Source of the DNA: Balanoglossus misakiensis
Lineage: Eukaryota > Animalia > Hemichordata
DNA length: 64,000 bases
Reading direction: 5' to 3'
Assembly: GCA_040954595.2 (NCBI GenBank)
Contig: CM082583.2
Location: forward strand, 1,560,925-1,624,924
A model generated the notes under the pieces. It was given only the letters and a program-made list of their open reading frames with translations, searched no databases and was not told the DNA's origin. Numbering within the stretch: the stretch's first letter is position 1; the number at the start of each line of letters is the position of its first letter. Below are positions 34,501 through 48,345 of this stretch, one piece after another. The position numbers and the translations under genes were made by a program.

Positions 34501-36648
34501 CCTTTGCGTCAACATTGATTAACCATGCCATGCAGAGCTAGTGGCCAGTGTCGTGCCCATTAATTTTGAGTGTTTGGTGGGGTCAACCTTTGCGTCAACA
34601 TTGATTAACCATGCCATGCAGAGCTAGTGGCCAGTGTCGTGCCCATTAATTTTGAGTGTTTGGTGGGGTCAACCTTTGCGTCAACATTGATTAACCATGC
34701 CATGCAGAGCTAGTGGCCAGTGTCGTGCCCATAAATTTTGAGTGTTTGGTGGGGTCAACCTTTGCGTCAACATTGATAAACCAGGCCATGCAGAGCTAGT
34801 GGCCAGTGTCGTTCCCATTAATTTTGAGTGTTTGGTGGGGTCAACCTTTGCGTCAACATTGATTAACCAGGCCAGAGCTTAGTGGCCAGTGTCGTGCCCA
34901 TCAATTTTGAGTGTTTGGTGGGGTCAACCCTTGTGTCAACCTTGATTAGCCAGGCCAGAGCTTAGTGGCCAGTGTCGCGCCCATTAATTTTGAGTGTTTG
35001 GTGGGGTCAACCCTTGCGTCAACCTGGATTAGCCAGGCCAGAGCTAGTGGCCAGTGTCGTGCCCATCAATTTTGAGTGTTTGGTGGGGTCAACCCTTGCG
35101 TCAACATTGATTAGCCAGACCAGAGCTAGTGGCCAGTGTCGTGCCCATCAATTTTGAGTGTTTGGTGGGGTCAACCCTTGCGTCAACCTTGATTAGCCAG
35201 GCCAGAGCTAGTGGCCAGTGTCGTGCCCATCAATTATGAGTGTTTGGTGGGGTCAACCCTTGCGTCAACCTTGATTAGCCAGGCCAGAGCTTAGTGGCCA
35301 GTGTCGTGCCCATCAATTTTGAGTGTTTGGTGGGGTCAACCCTTGCGTCAACCTTGATTAGCCAGGCCAGAGCTAGTGGCCAGTGTCGTGCCCATCAATT
35401 ATGAGTGTTTGGTGGGGTCAACCCTTGCGTCAACATTGATTAGCCAGGCCAGAGCTTAGTGGCCAGTGTTGCGCCCATTAATTTTGAGTGTTTGGTGGGG
35501 TCAACCCTTGCGTCAACCTTGATTAGCCAGGCCAGAGCTAGTGGCCAGTGTCGTGCCCATCAATTTTGAGTGTTTGGTGGGGTCAACCTTTGCGTCAACC
35601 TTGATTAGCCAGGCCAGAGCTAGTGGCCAGTGTCGTGCCCATCAATTTTGAGTGTTTGGTGGGGTCAACCCTTGCGTCAACATTGATTAGCCAGGCCAGA
35701 GCTAGTGGCCAGTGTCGCGCCCATTAATTTTGAGTGTTTGGTGGGGTCAACCTTTGCGTCAACCTTGATTAGCCAGGCCATGCAGAGCTAGGGGCCAGTG
35801 GCGTGCCCATCAATTTTGAGTGTTTGGTGGGGTCAACCTTTGCGTCAACCTTGATTAGCCAGGCCATGCAGAGCTAGTGGCCAGTGTCGTGCCCATCAAT
35901 TTTGAGTGTTTGGTGGGGTCAACCTTTGCGTCAACCTTGATTAGCCAGGCCATGCAGAGCTAGTGGCCAGTGTCGTGCCCATCAATTTTGAGTGTTTGGT
36001 GGGGTCAACCTTTGCGTCAACCTTGATTAGCCAGGCCATGCAGAGCTAGTGGCCAGTGTCGTGCCCATCAATTTTGAGTGTTTGGTGGGGTCAACCTTTG
36101 CGTCAACCTTGATTAGCCAGGCCATGCAGAGCTAGTGGCCAGTGTCGTGCCCATCAATTTTGAGTGTTTGGTGGGGTCAACCTTTGCGTCAACCTTGATT
36201 ACCCAGGCCATGCAGAGCTAGTGGCCAGTGTCGTGCCCATCACTTTTGAGTGTTTGGTGGGGTCAACCTTTGCGTCAACATTGATTAACCAGACCATGCA
36301 GAGCTAGTGGCCAGTGTCGTGCCCATCAATTTTGAGTGTTTGGTGGGGTCAACCTTTGCGTCAACATTGATTAACCAGGCCATGCAGAGCTAGTGGCCAG
36401 TGTCGTGCCCATCAATTTTGAGTGTTTGGTGGGGTCAACCTTTGCGTCAACATTGATTAACCAGGCCATGCAGAGCTAGTGGCCAGTGTCGTGCCCATCA
36501 ATTTTGAGTGTTTGGTGGGGTCAACCTTTGCGTCAACATTGATTAACCAGGCCATGCAGAGCTAGTGGCCAGTGTCGTGCCCATTAATTTTGAGTGTTTG
36601 GTAGGGTCAACCTTTGCGTCAACATTGATTAACCAGGCCATGCAGAGC
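31518..36648. repeat. Satellite array of 82/83/86-bp monomers (~60 copies) with ~1.34-1.42-kb higher-order repeat
   Basis: Monomer GAGCTAGTGGCCAGTGTCGTGCCCATTAATTTTGAGTGTTTGGTGGGGTCAACCTTTGCGTCAACATTGATTAACCAGGCCA(TGCA). Near-identical variant blocks start at 32210, 33632 and 34972. Confidence 0.97.
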
Positions 36649-37244
36649 TACATGTATGTTGCACACATCTCCAATTGGTACATTGGGCCTATCATACTGT
36701 ACATGTACAACTAGGAAAATGTACTTCATCATATTTCCATAGTCAGCAGCTTCAAGAACATGTTGCCTTCTCTATATGAATGTTTAGACTAAAAAGAAGT
36801 ATAAGAAGAATAAAGTTGTCCAATTATTGTTGGCAGGGGGTGGGGATGTGTGCTCCCATACAAATGTATATGGGTATGTACTCTTTAAGAAAAACGTTCA
36901 TATGCAAGAGAAAATGGTAAATGACAAAGAAAATTTGACTGGTATTACAATAGGTCGGGTTTTTGGCATTTACACATATTGATGTTATCAACCGGGAAGC
37001 ACACTACGTGCTGAAAATAATTGGAGACCTCTCGCCCGGGGTGTCGGCCAGTGGCCACATACATTTCCAGTCCTAAACCTTGCATCAGTTCTGTGGTGCG
37101 GATTAAGAAATAAGATTGGCGCTACAATATGCCCACTTAGTTTGAAATGGATTCTGCATATATACATGTAAACACATTGAAAATGAGATATTACACATAT
37201 AATCATGGGACAAGAAGGGCAAAAATTAAATTATCCAGCAGGTG

Positions 37245-37915
37245 TTCGAATTATGCAAATTAGAACAGTTGTCTAATATTGCCATGTCAACCACGTTGAA
37301 ATTGTTTTAGGTACCCATATTAATTAAAACCGTGAAAATGCGATATTACACACCATATAAGACAAACCAGGGAAATTTACATGTTAGAGAAGTTTGTCGG
37401 CCATTTTGGATTATGCAAATTAGAACAGTTGTCTAATATTGCCATGTCAACCACGCTGAAATTGTTTTAGTTACCCATATTGATGAAAACCCTGCAAATG
37501 CGATTTTAGGCACCATATAAGACAAAACAGGGAAATTTACATTTAAGAAGAGTTTGGTGGCCATTTTGGATTATGCAAATTAGAACAGCTGTCTAATATT
37601 GCCATGTCAACGACGTTGAAATTGTTTTAGGTACCCATATTGATGAAAACCCTGCAAATGCGATATTACACACTATTAAAGACAACCATAGTAAATTTAC
37701 ATGTTAGAGAAGTTTGTCGGCCATTCTAGATTATGCAAATTAGAACAGCTGTCTAACATTGCAATGTCAACCACGTTGAAATTGTTTTAGGTACCCATAT
37801 TGATGAAAACCCTTCAAATGCGATACTACACACTATTTAAGACGACCCTAGGAAATTTACATGTTAGTGGAGTTTGGCGGCCATTTTGAACTATGCAAAT
37901 GAGAAGAGTTGAACA
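37245..37915. repeat. 160-bp tandem repeat, ~4.2 copies
   Basis: (t/c)tatgcaaat(t/g)agaa recurs at ~37251, 37411, 37571, 37731 and 37891. Confidence 0.92.
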
Positions 37916-37966
37916 AAAAATGCCATATTTGCAATGCTGTTGTCTTGTTTTGGCTGCCTATGTTAA

Positions 37967-38379
37967 GGATGTACGTTCAGTAAAATTGAAAGTATTGTCA
38001 TTTTTTTTAATTGTGGATTTTTGGATTCTCCTTTGTATGTATAATGAAAATCCGTAATAAAATATATGGGTCACCGCGCTTGTTTTTGAAATACAGAGCC
38101 ATGAATTTAGTCGATAATAGAAGAAAACTGCTGACTCAGCATTTTTCACCAATGGTTTGTCTATGGGCAAAATTTTTGACGCAATTTATCTCAAAATAGA
38201 GCGCGGTGACCCCTATATTTTATTTGACCAATGAATTTATATTTGCTGGACTGAGCTATGTGTAAAATTTCGTGAAAATGACAATAGTAGAAGTTTGTTT
38301 TCTAGCAATTTTCAATGTAATCCTATGGGAAAAAGACCGGGCGCGCACTGCTTCCGGTTTATGTTCTGCGCGTACATCC
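37967..38379. mobile_element. Kolobok-type MITE
   Basis: TTAA-GGATGTACG...CGTACATCC-TTAA. Confidence 0.75.
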
Positions 38380-41300
38380 TTAAGGCTTGAAAATGAAAGC
38401 TTATTCACCATTTTGGCACAAACAGTGGCGAGAAGGTGTTCCAATGTAACTTAGAAGAGTTGCCATATTTGCAATACAGTTATATTGTTTAAGGTATGAA
38501 TGCAAATCCTGAATATTAGATTTATAACAATTTCATTGGAAAGAACATTTGTAGGTTCATCATTGACCCCATAGGACTGTCAACTCGACTACAGACAGTA
38601 TCGATGAACACAAGACATGATCCCAATTTGCAAGCTGAGTTGAAACTGACTGCTGCAGTAACTTTAGCTCTGGGAATGTCTTGTGTGATTTAAAGCAATT
38701 GATGACCAAATTTAACACAGTTTCTCTGAGGTAACCACTTAGCTTTCGTGACTGGTTGTTTAAGAATCCAAAAAAACATGAATTCTACCCAATGAATTCA
38801 ACCCTTAGAATTTCACAACTGTAACAGAGTTTGCAGTCATGCACAAAAGTGTGTATCATACACATAAGAAATTTCTCACATGTATTTTTATGATGGCAAT
38901 GCATTTGACTGTAAACAAACATTGACATCAGTCAGTAGCGCTATTTTGTCAGTGAAATGGCTTCATCATCATCCCTCCAACCAAAGTTGAAACTGAGTTG
39001 CAAATATTGCACAGCTTGAAATCATAAAATGTTGCAAAATTGAACCAACAGTTCGGTCAATGATCAAGTTCTTACAGCTATTATTAGAACCAGACAATCT
39101 CAGCGAACAAGAGACATGGGCCTTATTTGCAAGTCGTGTTAGAACTGCCTTTGCCTGCCCACGGACGCCCCAGTTTCAGCAAAAATTATTGCATTAAAAT
39201 GTGAGTATGGAGAACTATGCTCTGTGTTCCTTTTGTTAGCTTACATAGCTGTTGTCATTCTAGTTTTTCCTCTGTCCTGTGAACAGAGTTTCAGTTGCGA
39301 AAACCGACAGTTCTCAAAGTACAAAAGTACACCTAAATTGCCTCGGTGATGAGCATGCAGAATTTATCTGATGCTTTTTACTGGCAGAAGGACCCCACCA
39401 GTTGCAGATTGTCAATTCAGGGAATTTACGCTTTGCGTTCAAATATAAATAATTAAAACCTGTTTAATTTTTCTATATGTTCTTTAGTGATGATTCAAAA
39501 GTATTATGACTGCTAGTGTGATTAATATTCTATTTTCAAAATGTGTTTCTCTTAATGATTATGAATACATCAAAATTTATGCTTTAAAATTAAATCATTT
39601 TACCTGAAATATTGCAAATATTTGGAGGGTTGCATTTAATTTGAAGTTCTCAATCAAAGTTTTAGGCATAAAAAAGGTGCTACACCCCCGAAAAATTGGT
39701 AGCTATGAATTCAATTTAAAGAGTGTTGTAATGTCTGTTTTGCAACAGGGTGCCAGTTCAACAAAGCGCATGAGGATAGTAAATCACCTTTGTGAATTTT
39801 GTGCACCACAGTAAGAATTCCCTAGAAACTGCAAACTAAATTGCAAAGCAATCAGACAAAAATGGCAGTAATTGCCAAAAAAAAAAAAAAAAAACAATAT
39901 TGTCACTTCCATCACTGGGTTTGTTAAATTGTCATAAAATCACACCTAAGAACATGCAAACCAAATTTTAAAAAAAATGTGGGTAGAGGTTTCTGAGTAT
40001 ATGACAACCAAAATCACCCCAAAATATACTTCAAAAATGAAAAATAAAATCTGTATAAAGTCTCAATAACATAAATACACACCAATTTCTAAAGCAATCT
40101 GACCAGTACCTTCTTGAGTTTCTGAGTTTAGAACAATTTCACATTGGTCCCAATGGTATATTGACATATACAAAATTGGACCTAAAGAGTAAAACACATT
40201 TCAAAGATTTTACAATTAAAGCCTCACAAGCTGCCAAATTTTACACATCTTTTTCCACAATAACATTTTTCAAATCATCCACCTATCCTTTAAAATCAGC
40301 ACCATTGAGCCATATTACTTGAATTTGCATGGGGTTTGTCATCTCTCTGCGATGTGTACCCTCCATATGGAGGCTGATTAAAACAGGTGTGGCGCTCGTT
40401 TAATATCTGACTTCTTTAAATTGCAACATACAGGCACATTCATTAGTCAATAAAATGTTCATGTATACCTATCAGTCAGTTTGTTTAGATGAACAAATCT
40501 AAGATGGAAAGTAATATCATGAAAATACTGAAAGATTGGAAACTCTGAGTTTGAGTCTAAGGATAACAAGGGAACCTCTCTACTATTTGACGCACCAAAG
40601 CTATGAAAAACTTCCTTCTTTCCCTCAAATATTTTTTATGAATATGTTCTACTCCGTGATTAAAATTTCCCTTTTACCAAATGTACATATGTAAGAGACG
40701 AGATTTTTTCAGCAAAATTTCAAATGGCCTAGGGTGACTTTTTACCTACTTACCCATATTGGGTAGCATGAAACACAGAATGGCATACCAGTGGGTTAGA
40801 GATACAGCGTTTTATATTAACATGAATTAACATGAAACTAAAAATTTGATGGTTTACTTAGGACTGCCTTGATCCATGGTAACCTCATTAAATATGTACA
40901 TATCTAATTCTAGGCTATCCATTTGCGGTAGAAACCTGGACATGGACAACTTTGGGGTCAAAATCTTTTGACAAAATGTTGGGTGATCTTGGGTAAACTT
41001 TGACCTACATTCCTATATCTTGGCATCCGGCACAGATACATCCTTGACACTTGGAGTGATGGAACTGCATAATGGAGTATTATGTCTCAGCTAGTCACAG
41101 TGCTTTTGCTGTGTTTTATGTCTTTTATTCAGCCAAATTAGATGTTTTTCATTACACATTGGCTGTGTTTGCCAGTACTTTTTAGCTGGTCACACTGCCT
41201 TAACACAATGTATTCTCAAAATACTCTGCAATCTTTATGAAGCATATACAGCAGACAAAGTTGTGGTAAGACTAAACTTGCCCTTCTTTGTGATTAAAGC

Positions 41301-44300
41301 ATGACCGGCCTGTCTTAGGTGGCCCCTACCTAGGGGCTTTACCCGTCATTGGCTCACAGTCTGAGAAATCAGCTCTGCAGGGAAGTTAACGATGTAACCC
41401 ACCATTAAAGCTTGGATTTCCGCTTTTTGTATTTGATGCCTGGCTGAGGCCTTCTTAGGATCTACCCAACGCTGAGTAGGCTATCCCGTCATTGGCACAC
41501 AGTCTCAGGGAGGGAGTCAAAAGTTCAGTATACCATCAAAGCCTTTATATTGTCCATTCTTTTTAAGAGAAGGCTGGCTGCTGTAGAAAAATGTTGATCT
41601 CAAATTTATCATGTCCAAAAAGCCAGACTTCCAGCCCTATTGGTTAGGCTGGCATTAGGTAAGTACATAATTAATGAGGCAAGACATAATACTCAATCAA
41701 ATAGTTCCATCACTCCAAGTGTCAAGGTTGTATCTGCTCCGGATGCTAAAATATAGGAATGTAGGTCAAAGTTTACCCAAGATCACACAAATGTTTGTCA
41801 AAAGATTTTGACCCCGAAGTTGTCCATGTCCAGGTTTCTACTTCAGCTGAATAGCCTAGAATTAGATATGCACATATTTAACGAGGTTACCATTGCTCAG
41901 GGGGGTCTTAAATTAACCATCAAATTTTAGTTTCATATTAATGCATATTAATATAAAACACTGTATCTCTAACCCTACAGGTAAGCCTAGAATTAGGTAC
42001 ATGTACATGCGTAAGTTTTTGACAAGACAGTTAAGCTGTAATATATGTACATGAACCTTGACAATTGACTTAAAATAACATAAAGGCAGAACTGATACTG
42101 ATTGGAGATAGATATTACTAATGACAGTGATGTTAATTACACCAGGAATGTTTGTCTTAGTATACGGTAGCTAACCGACTGCTTGAGGTTAAGTAATGAA
42201 AGTGCCCACTTGCGATTCACCTTCAAATAGCTACTTAGTCTTTGGTACATGTACATTGTTTTTCCAATGATTAGACAAAGGATATACATACGTGTAATTA
42301 AGGTTGGGTAGCATTTTCAATGTAATAAGCCCTGCCTTCACTATAATCTTACACCAAATCAACACTGTTCAGTAATGTGATAGGCTTCAAAGCGACGCTA
42401 GTTACATCATAATTCCCAGCAAGGGGTATTAGTTTATTGGGCAAGTGGCATGAGTGAGGCCAGACATTAGTTTTGGAAGCAAAGCGGACAGAACACTGCC
42501 GGGCATAGACTAGGTAGTTCTGAATAGTCATGTTTCATAAGTCAGGTCCATGACATATGTACCGACATCTGTGATTGGTCCATCTGGTAATCTTAGGTCC
42601 ACTTGAGGCACGGTGATTGGAGGGACCTTATGTGTTAGGTCTTATTATTATGTATTATTCACTAGACCTTGTAGGTTAGGTCTTATTACTATGTATTATT
42701 CACTTTACAGCTCCCTGATTGGTTAATGTGTAGGTCTCCAATTTTCACTGCCTCGTTATGCAAAGTCTTTTGTACTTTCTGAATACAGTTGTCGTATTCT
42801 GTCTGGCATGCTGCCTGCGCGTTGTCGAAGCTCGATCCCAGTGTATAAAGAAAGGCACTCATATAATGATTGGATTTAACCTTTCCTTCACTATTCATGG
42901 CATTTTTTTGTGATACTGTGAACTAGATACTCAAAATAAAAATTGCCAGGAGAATTTTTTTTATTTTATTTCCAGTGGCGGTTTGTTGAAATGGGCTAGT
43001 GTTTTGTTACGTAATGCTTTTCAGCGCATCACTTCGTGTAACACCTGGCTGAATACGAAGTGTGTGCTATTCATTCGAGCAAACCAAAAATATCTTACAA
43101 TAGAACTGTTTAGAATAGCATTGCATTTCATTAGTTGCTTTACAGGTATGATTACTTTTATTGTACTTCTTTCACGAAGCTGCACCGTCATAGTTCCATT
43201 TTTATGAAAACAATATACGAATGTATAAACGGACAACGTACTCCTTTTCACAACATCTACGTCAAAACAAATTTACTTTAAAATAGTAAAACAACAATAA
43301 TAATATTGATGATGAGAAGTAGGAGGGTGATTTAAGAAAATATACAACTGTTAGCAAAAATGCTTAGATGTGTTAATCAGATTTTCAAAGTCCATCTAAA
43401 AATCATTTAATCTTTCCAGGGTGCGGTTTATGATGGAGATAGTATCAGTCAGGCTATTTCTCAGAAAATTAATGAATGATCTGCGGACATCCCGAATAAT
43501 GTGTTACCACAACGCTAGCCAGGAAGCACATGGGACATTTCACAATGAGGCAGTGAACACTGGGAGACCAGACTGACACGTTAACCAATCAGGGAGCTGT
43601 ATGGTGAATAAATACATATTAATATGACCTAACCTACAAGGTCCTGTATTATGAGGCAGTGAACACATGGGGGACCAGACTGACACGTTAACCAATCAGG
43701 GAGCTGTAAAGCGAAAAATGCATAGTAATAAGACCTAACCTACAAGGTCTAGTGAATAATACATAATAATAAGACCTAACCTACAAGGTCCCTCCAATCA
43801 GCGTGCCGCAAGTGGACCTAAGAGAAGCGGATAAACCAATCAAAACATGCAATACATGTGTATAGGACGTGTAATGTAGGTCATTTTGAAACAGGACTAA
43901 TGTGACCATGGACGTTACCACATTAGACTCTGTATTGTAAGTTTCTGAAGAATCACAAAAAATCATCAACAGTCTACATGTACTTCAACCTTGTGAGAAG
44001 TACTGTATAACACACAGGATATACTAGTCACTGTTGGTCAGGTTATTACACACTGTGGTCCCATCTGGGGATTACACAAAATTAGGTATGTCTGTGTTCA
44101 TGGGAAAAATCATGTGACATTGGCAAGCAGATATGACCTTCTGTAAGAACATTTCAAAGGAACCAGACAAGTATTTTAGGGAAAACAACATTCAACAATG
44201 ACAAAAACTGCCTCAAACCACATCTATCCAACTATCAACAAATTGTATAATATCTACTTCAATCACCACGCCTACCAAAGTTGAAAGCAATCTGACTAGT

Positions 44301-44909
44301 AGTTTCAAAGAATACAAATTGCAAAAATTGCCCCAAGACCACAATATGTAAATTTCACCAAAATGATATACAACATTACTTGGGTTACCTCTTGGAACAA
44401 GCATACCAAAATTTAAAAGCAATCTAAGGAGTTTCTCAGAAAATGAATTTTGACCAAAAATGACAGATTACAAATTCTGCGACAATTTAAACAAAACCAA
44501 CTAAGATCACCTACCGGAAGTGTCATACTAAATTCTAAAGAAATCAGCCAATCTCTTCAAGAGGAAAAGATTTTTTTTTCAAATGGTAAAACAAGACAAA
44601 ATAATTGCATAAAAAATAGACAATTCACGATATAAACTCAAAGTATATCAGGTATGATGACATTACCTACATGCATACAAATGTTCAAAGCAGTCTAACC
44701 AGTTGTTGAGTTTTGATCAATTCCACATATTTCACAGGTTATTTGCGTATTTTTGCAATGACAACTTCATTTAAGCAAAATCCCATCTACACACCAAAAT
44801 AAAAAAAGCGTGGTTTCATGTTTTGGATCAGGGCAGACATACATCCATATATACATGTAACATGCATACACACATGTACACACACACACAAACACATGCA
44901 TACATGGCT

Positions 44910-44979
44910 GCATACATACATACATACATACATACATACATACATACATACATACATACATACATACATACATACATAC
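44910..44979. repeat. (TACA)n microsatellite
   Basis: Visible run. Confidence 0.95.
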
Positions 44980-45030
44980 AGAGGGAAACGGTCTGGTAAT
45001 CAATGTTGTGACACTAGCATTAGGCCTTAA

Positions 45031-45470
45031 ACCCCGGTGCGGAAAGTACTGGGGTTCGGATTAACGTGTGTTTGTACAGTTGTTTATTTGGGAGTGGTCG
45101 TCGTGCATAATAACTGTGTAATTGATCTCATGTACATAGAAAATAATTGAACACTTTACACCTCTATGCGATTGACAGCTGTTTGAATGGCGTGGTTATT
45201 GTTTCCCAGGGATGCTTCTGAAAAGCACTGAAACCAGATTTCTCCCAAAATCATCGTTGTTTCAAAAGCTCGTGTACTTTTTCATCGATAACTTTATGTT
45301 GTGTGTGTTTATAAAGCCAACCACTGTCGTTGTGTGGTGTAATTCTTTATGCTTGGATCTGTTTGGGCCGATTTTCATAGAGCCAAGATCGTTGGTGTTG
45401 TCTGTTGTCAGTCAAACGGCATTAAGATTCGCCACTGATTTGGGGGGTCTTTTATACCACGCATCGGGGT
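45031..45470. mobile_element. TTAA-flanked MITE
   Basis: TTAA-ACCCCGGTGCG...CGCATCGGGGT-TTAA. Confidence 0.75.
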
Positions 45471-47329
45471 TTAATGTTTACGATATCAGGACAATTTATA
45501 TCATATGAAGTTTTATGTATTCATAATTATTCAGAGAAGCAAATTTTTAAAAATGTGAAATTGTTATCAATCGGATGTGCACTGACAGCATGCTTATATG
45601 GAATACAGGTACTCTAACACAATCAGTCATAACACTTTTGAATCATCAATAAATAACATATAGAATAATTTTACAGGATTTAATTATTTATATTTGAACG
45701 CAAAGCGTAAATTCCCTTGTGCCATGGAATTCACAATCTGCAACTGGTGGGGTCCTTCTGCCAGTAAGAAGCATCAGATAAATTCTGCATGCTCATCACC
45801 GAGGCAATTTAGGTGTACTTTTGTACTTTGAGAACTGTCGGTTTTCGCAACTGAAACTCTGCTCACAGGACGGAGGAAAAACTAGAATGACAACAGCTAT
45901 GTAAGCTAACAAAAGAAACACGGAGCATAGTTCTCCATACTCATATTTTAATGCAATAATTTTAGCTGAAATTGGGGCGTCCGTGGGCAGGCAAAGGCAG
46001 TTCTAACTCAACTTGCAAATCAGGCCCATGTCTCTTGTTCCCTGAGACTGTCTGGTTCTAATAATAGCTGTAAGAACATAATCGTTGACCAAAGGGTTGG
46101 TTCAATTTTGCAACATTTTATGATTTCAAGCTGTGCAATATTTGCAACTCTGTTTCAACTTTGGTTGGAGGGATGATGATGAAGCCATTTCACTGACAAA
46201 ATAGCACTACTAACTGACATCCATATTTGTTTACAGTCAAATGCATTGCCATCAGAAAAATGCATACGAAAAAATTCTTATGTGAATAATACACACTTTC
46301 TTGCACAACTGCAAACTCTGTCACATTTGTGAAATTTTAAGGAAATTCATTCATTGGGTAGCTTTATGAATTCTTAAACAAACTTAGTCATGAAACCTAA
46401 ATGGTTACCTTACACATCTGGCGGCTCGACTTCTGTGATATGATAGTCTTCAATTAATGTGTATGTGATTCCCTACAAATCCATATGATTACCTGAACGT
46501 ACAAAATAAATAAAAAATAAAAAATAAATTAAAAATAAATAAGTATCTCATACATATGCATAAGTGCTTGTGATAAATATATCCTGTATTTAAATAAACC
46601 TGTCATTTATTGACCTCGTTTTCCTATTAACCCAAAGGACTAGATTGCACTGTAATATTATTACAGCTTCATTTCAATGCAACAGGTACACTACATCATA
46701 TTGGAGCAAATATGCCAGCTCAACATTGATATAAAGAGTGTCAAAATATTGGTGGCTACAAAAGCTTGTGTCCCTTCAATCCATCCTCGAACTCAGGTGA
46801 AAACGAACGTCATTAGTTTTTGGGAAAAAACCTCTGAAATCAATTTCGGTGAGGCCAAATGTGTTCCAAAGGCAAACCGTTTCTGGTAAACAAATCAATG
46901 GCAAATAATTACTTCGGCGACATACCAATCAGTCAACATGGCTGCCTAATCGTTGGATAGCCCGGTTTCATCTTGCGATCATTCTGTCTTCCGATATGGC
47001 GTTGCATGGTTAAATTCGTCTCTTCTTTGCCGACATAGTCAGGCGACAGCGGTCCAGAAGCATAGGCAGCGACGCCATCTTGTTTACAATGTGAAGTATC
47101 GACTGCGCATGCTCAATAATTTTCCGCGTTTTTTTTTTTTGCCAACGGCGCGCGCGCGGTGTCTGGTATAGAGAAAATAACATGCAAGTGCGCGATTATT
47201 CATTTGTAAAAAATCAGTTATACATTTGTCATCAACGTTTGAAAACTTTCAATGATCTTACCTCGGTAAGCATTTCAAATAGGTACATTTTTATTTAGAA
47301 CCATCGTATGTGGAAAATAATAAAACACA

Positions 47330-47830
47330 GAGTGGGGATTGGCCCTATGTTTGACTTGATCATACCCAGCTCGGTTTGCGTTTTGTCATTGACGAGGGTG
47401 TCAGACTTTTGCTGAGAGAGTGAGTTTCTATAGCGTAAACGTTTATCGACTGGACTTTCTGTGCGCCAACAATTACATTATTTGTGGCCGGGGAACACGT
47501 GCAACTTTTGATGACTGTTTTTCTAGCGCCGTGTTTTTATCTTACGACCTAGAATACCTGCTTTCGTCACCATGGTCTGCTCTGCACGTACTATGCTTTC
47601 CAGTTTATGTAGCTTGAAGTTGTACCACATTTTGGTTTCCGAGCTGTAGCGAACATAAAACCGAAACTAATAGCTACGTGTTGACCGCAGCGACTGCGTG
47701 TTTTTTTGTTGTATTCCCAACCTACAGTTTATTCTCATGCAGCTCAGACTGAGGTCGCTTCTTAGAGAAAAAACAACAACATATTTTGGCTGCTGCCAGA
47801 CCAGGAATGGAAAATCTTGAGTGGCGCTGG
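47330..47830 (-). pseudogene. Possible degenerate Crypton/DUF3504-like coding remnant
   Basis: Fragments in shifting frames (SELHENKL*VGNTTKKHAVAAVNT; FATARKPK; KLESIVRA; RAGYDQVKHRANP) follow the order of motifs typical of the CryptonA/DUF3504 N-terminal region. Confidence 0.3.
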
Positions 47831-48187
47831 GCTGCATTTCTCTGTAGGACTGTAGTTGTATTGTGCAAGGGTTCGCCAGCATCGCCTTCAGACTTGTTGT
47901 CATAGTCACTGGTGGCGGTTTGTCCTGCACTACTCGTCGTTCTATTTGATGTGGTGGTATTATTCCCAGATGTCTGTGCCGAGGATCCTGCCCGTTTTCC
48001 GATTCTCTTCGTTTTGTCGGCCATTTGCTTCACTTTTTCTGTCATTGTTGCGACGTCAGTCTCTGTTATTGTTCGAAGGAGGCGAAAGTCCATTCACCAT
48101 TAATAGCCGAATTTCCAAGATCGTCCGTTAATTACAATGCGACGTCACGCTACCATGTCCTAAGAAAGACTACAGGGCACATTTTTT

Positions 48188-48345
48188 TATCTCGTGCGCA
48201 CGACTTACGTGTGCATGTGATATTTTCTCGTGAACACGAGTGCGCTCGCAATTTTCTCGTGCGCACGAGATATGCACGAGATAGCATGTTTCTCGTGCAC
48301 ACGAGAAAACATCTCGCTGGAACAAGATACTATCTCTTGCACAAG
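48188..48345. repeat. Cluster of palindromic TCTCGTGCGCACGAGA-type repeats (MITE-like remnant)
   Basis: About six degenerate copies of ctcgtg(c/a)(g/a)cacga. Confidence 0.6.

Larger units (their letters stand above)
38730..46410. repeat. Large inverted repeat (arms ~38730-39540 and ~45595-46410) enclosing two further inverted pairs
   Basis: The arms align as reverse complements by eye. The inner pairs are 40785-41090/41682-41987 and 42540-42765/43545-43875. Confidence 0.85.

Noticed and set aside
31518-36648. CRISPR array, or repeated 61-aa ORFs (32210, 33632, 34972)
   Set aside because: No variable spacers. The ORFs are chance read-throughs of satellite monomers.
47135-47170. Helitron 3' end (GC palindrome followed by CTGG-T)
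   Set aside because: The hairpin is only a (GC)n run, and no 5' TC end or second copy could be identified.
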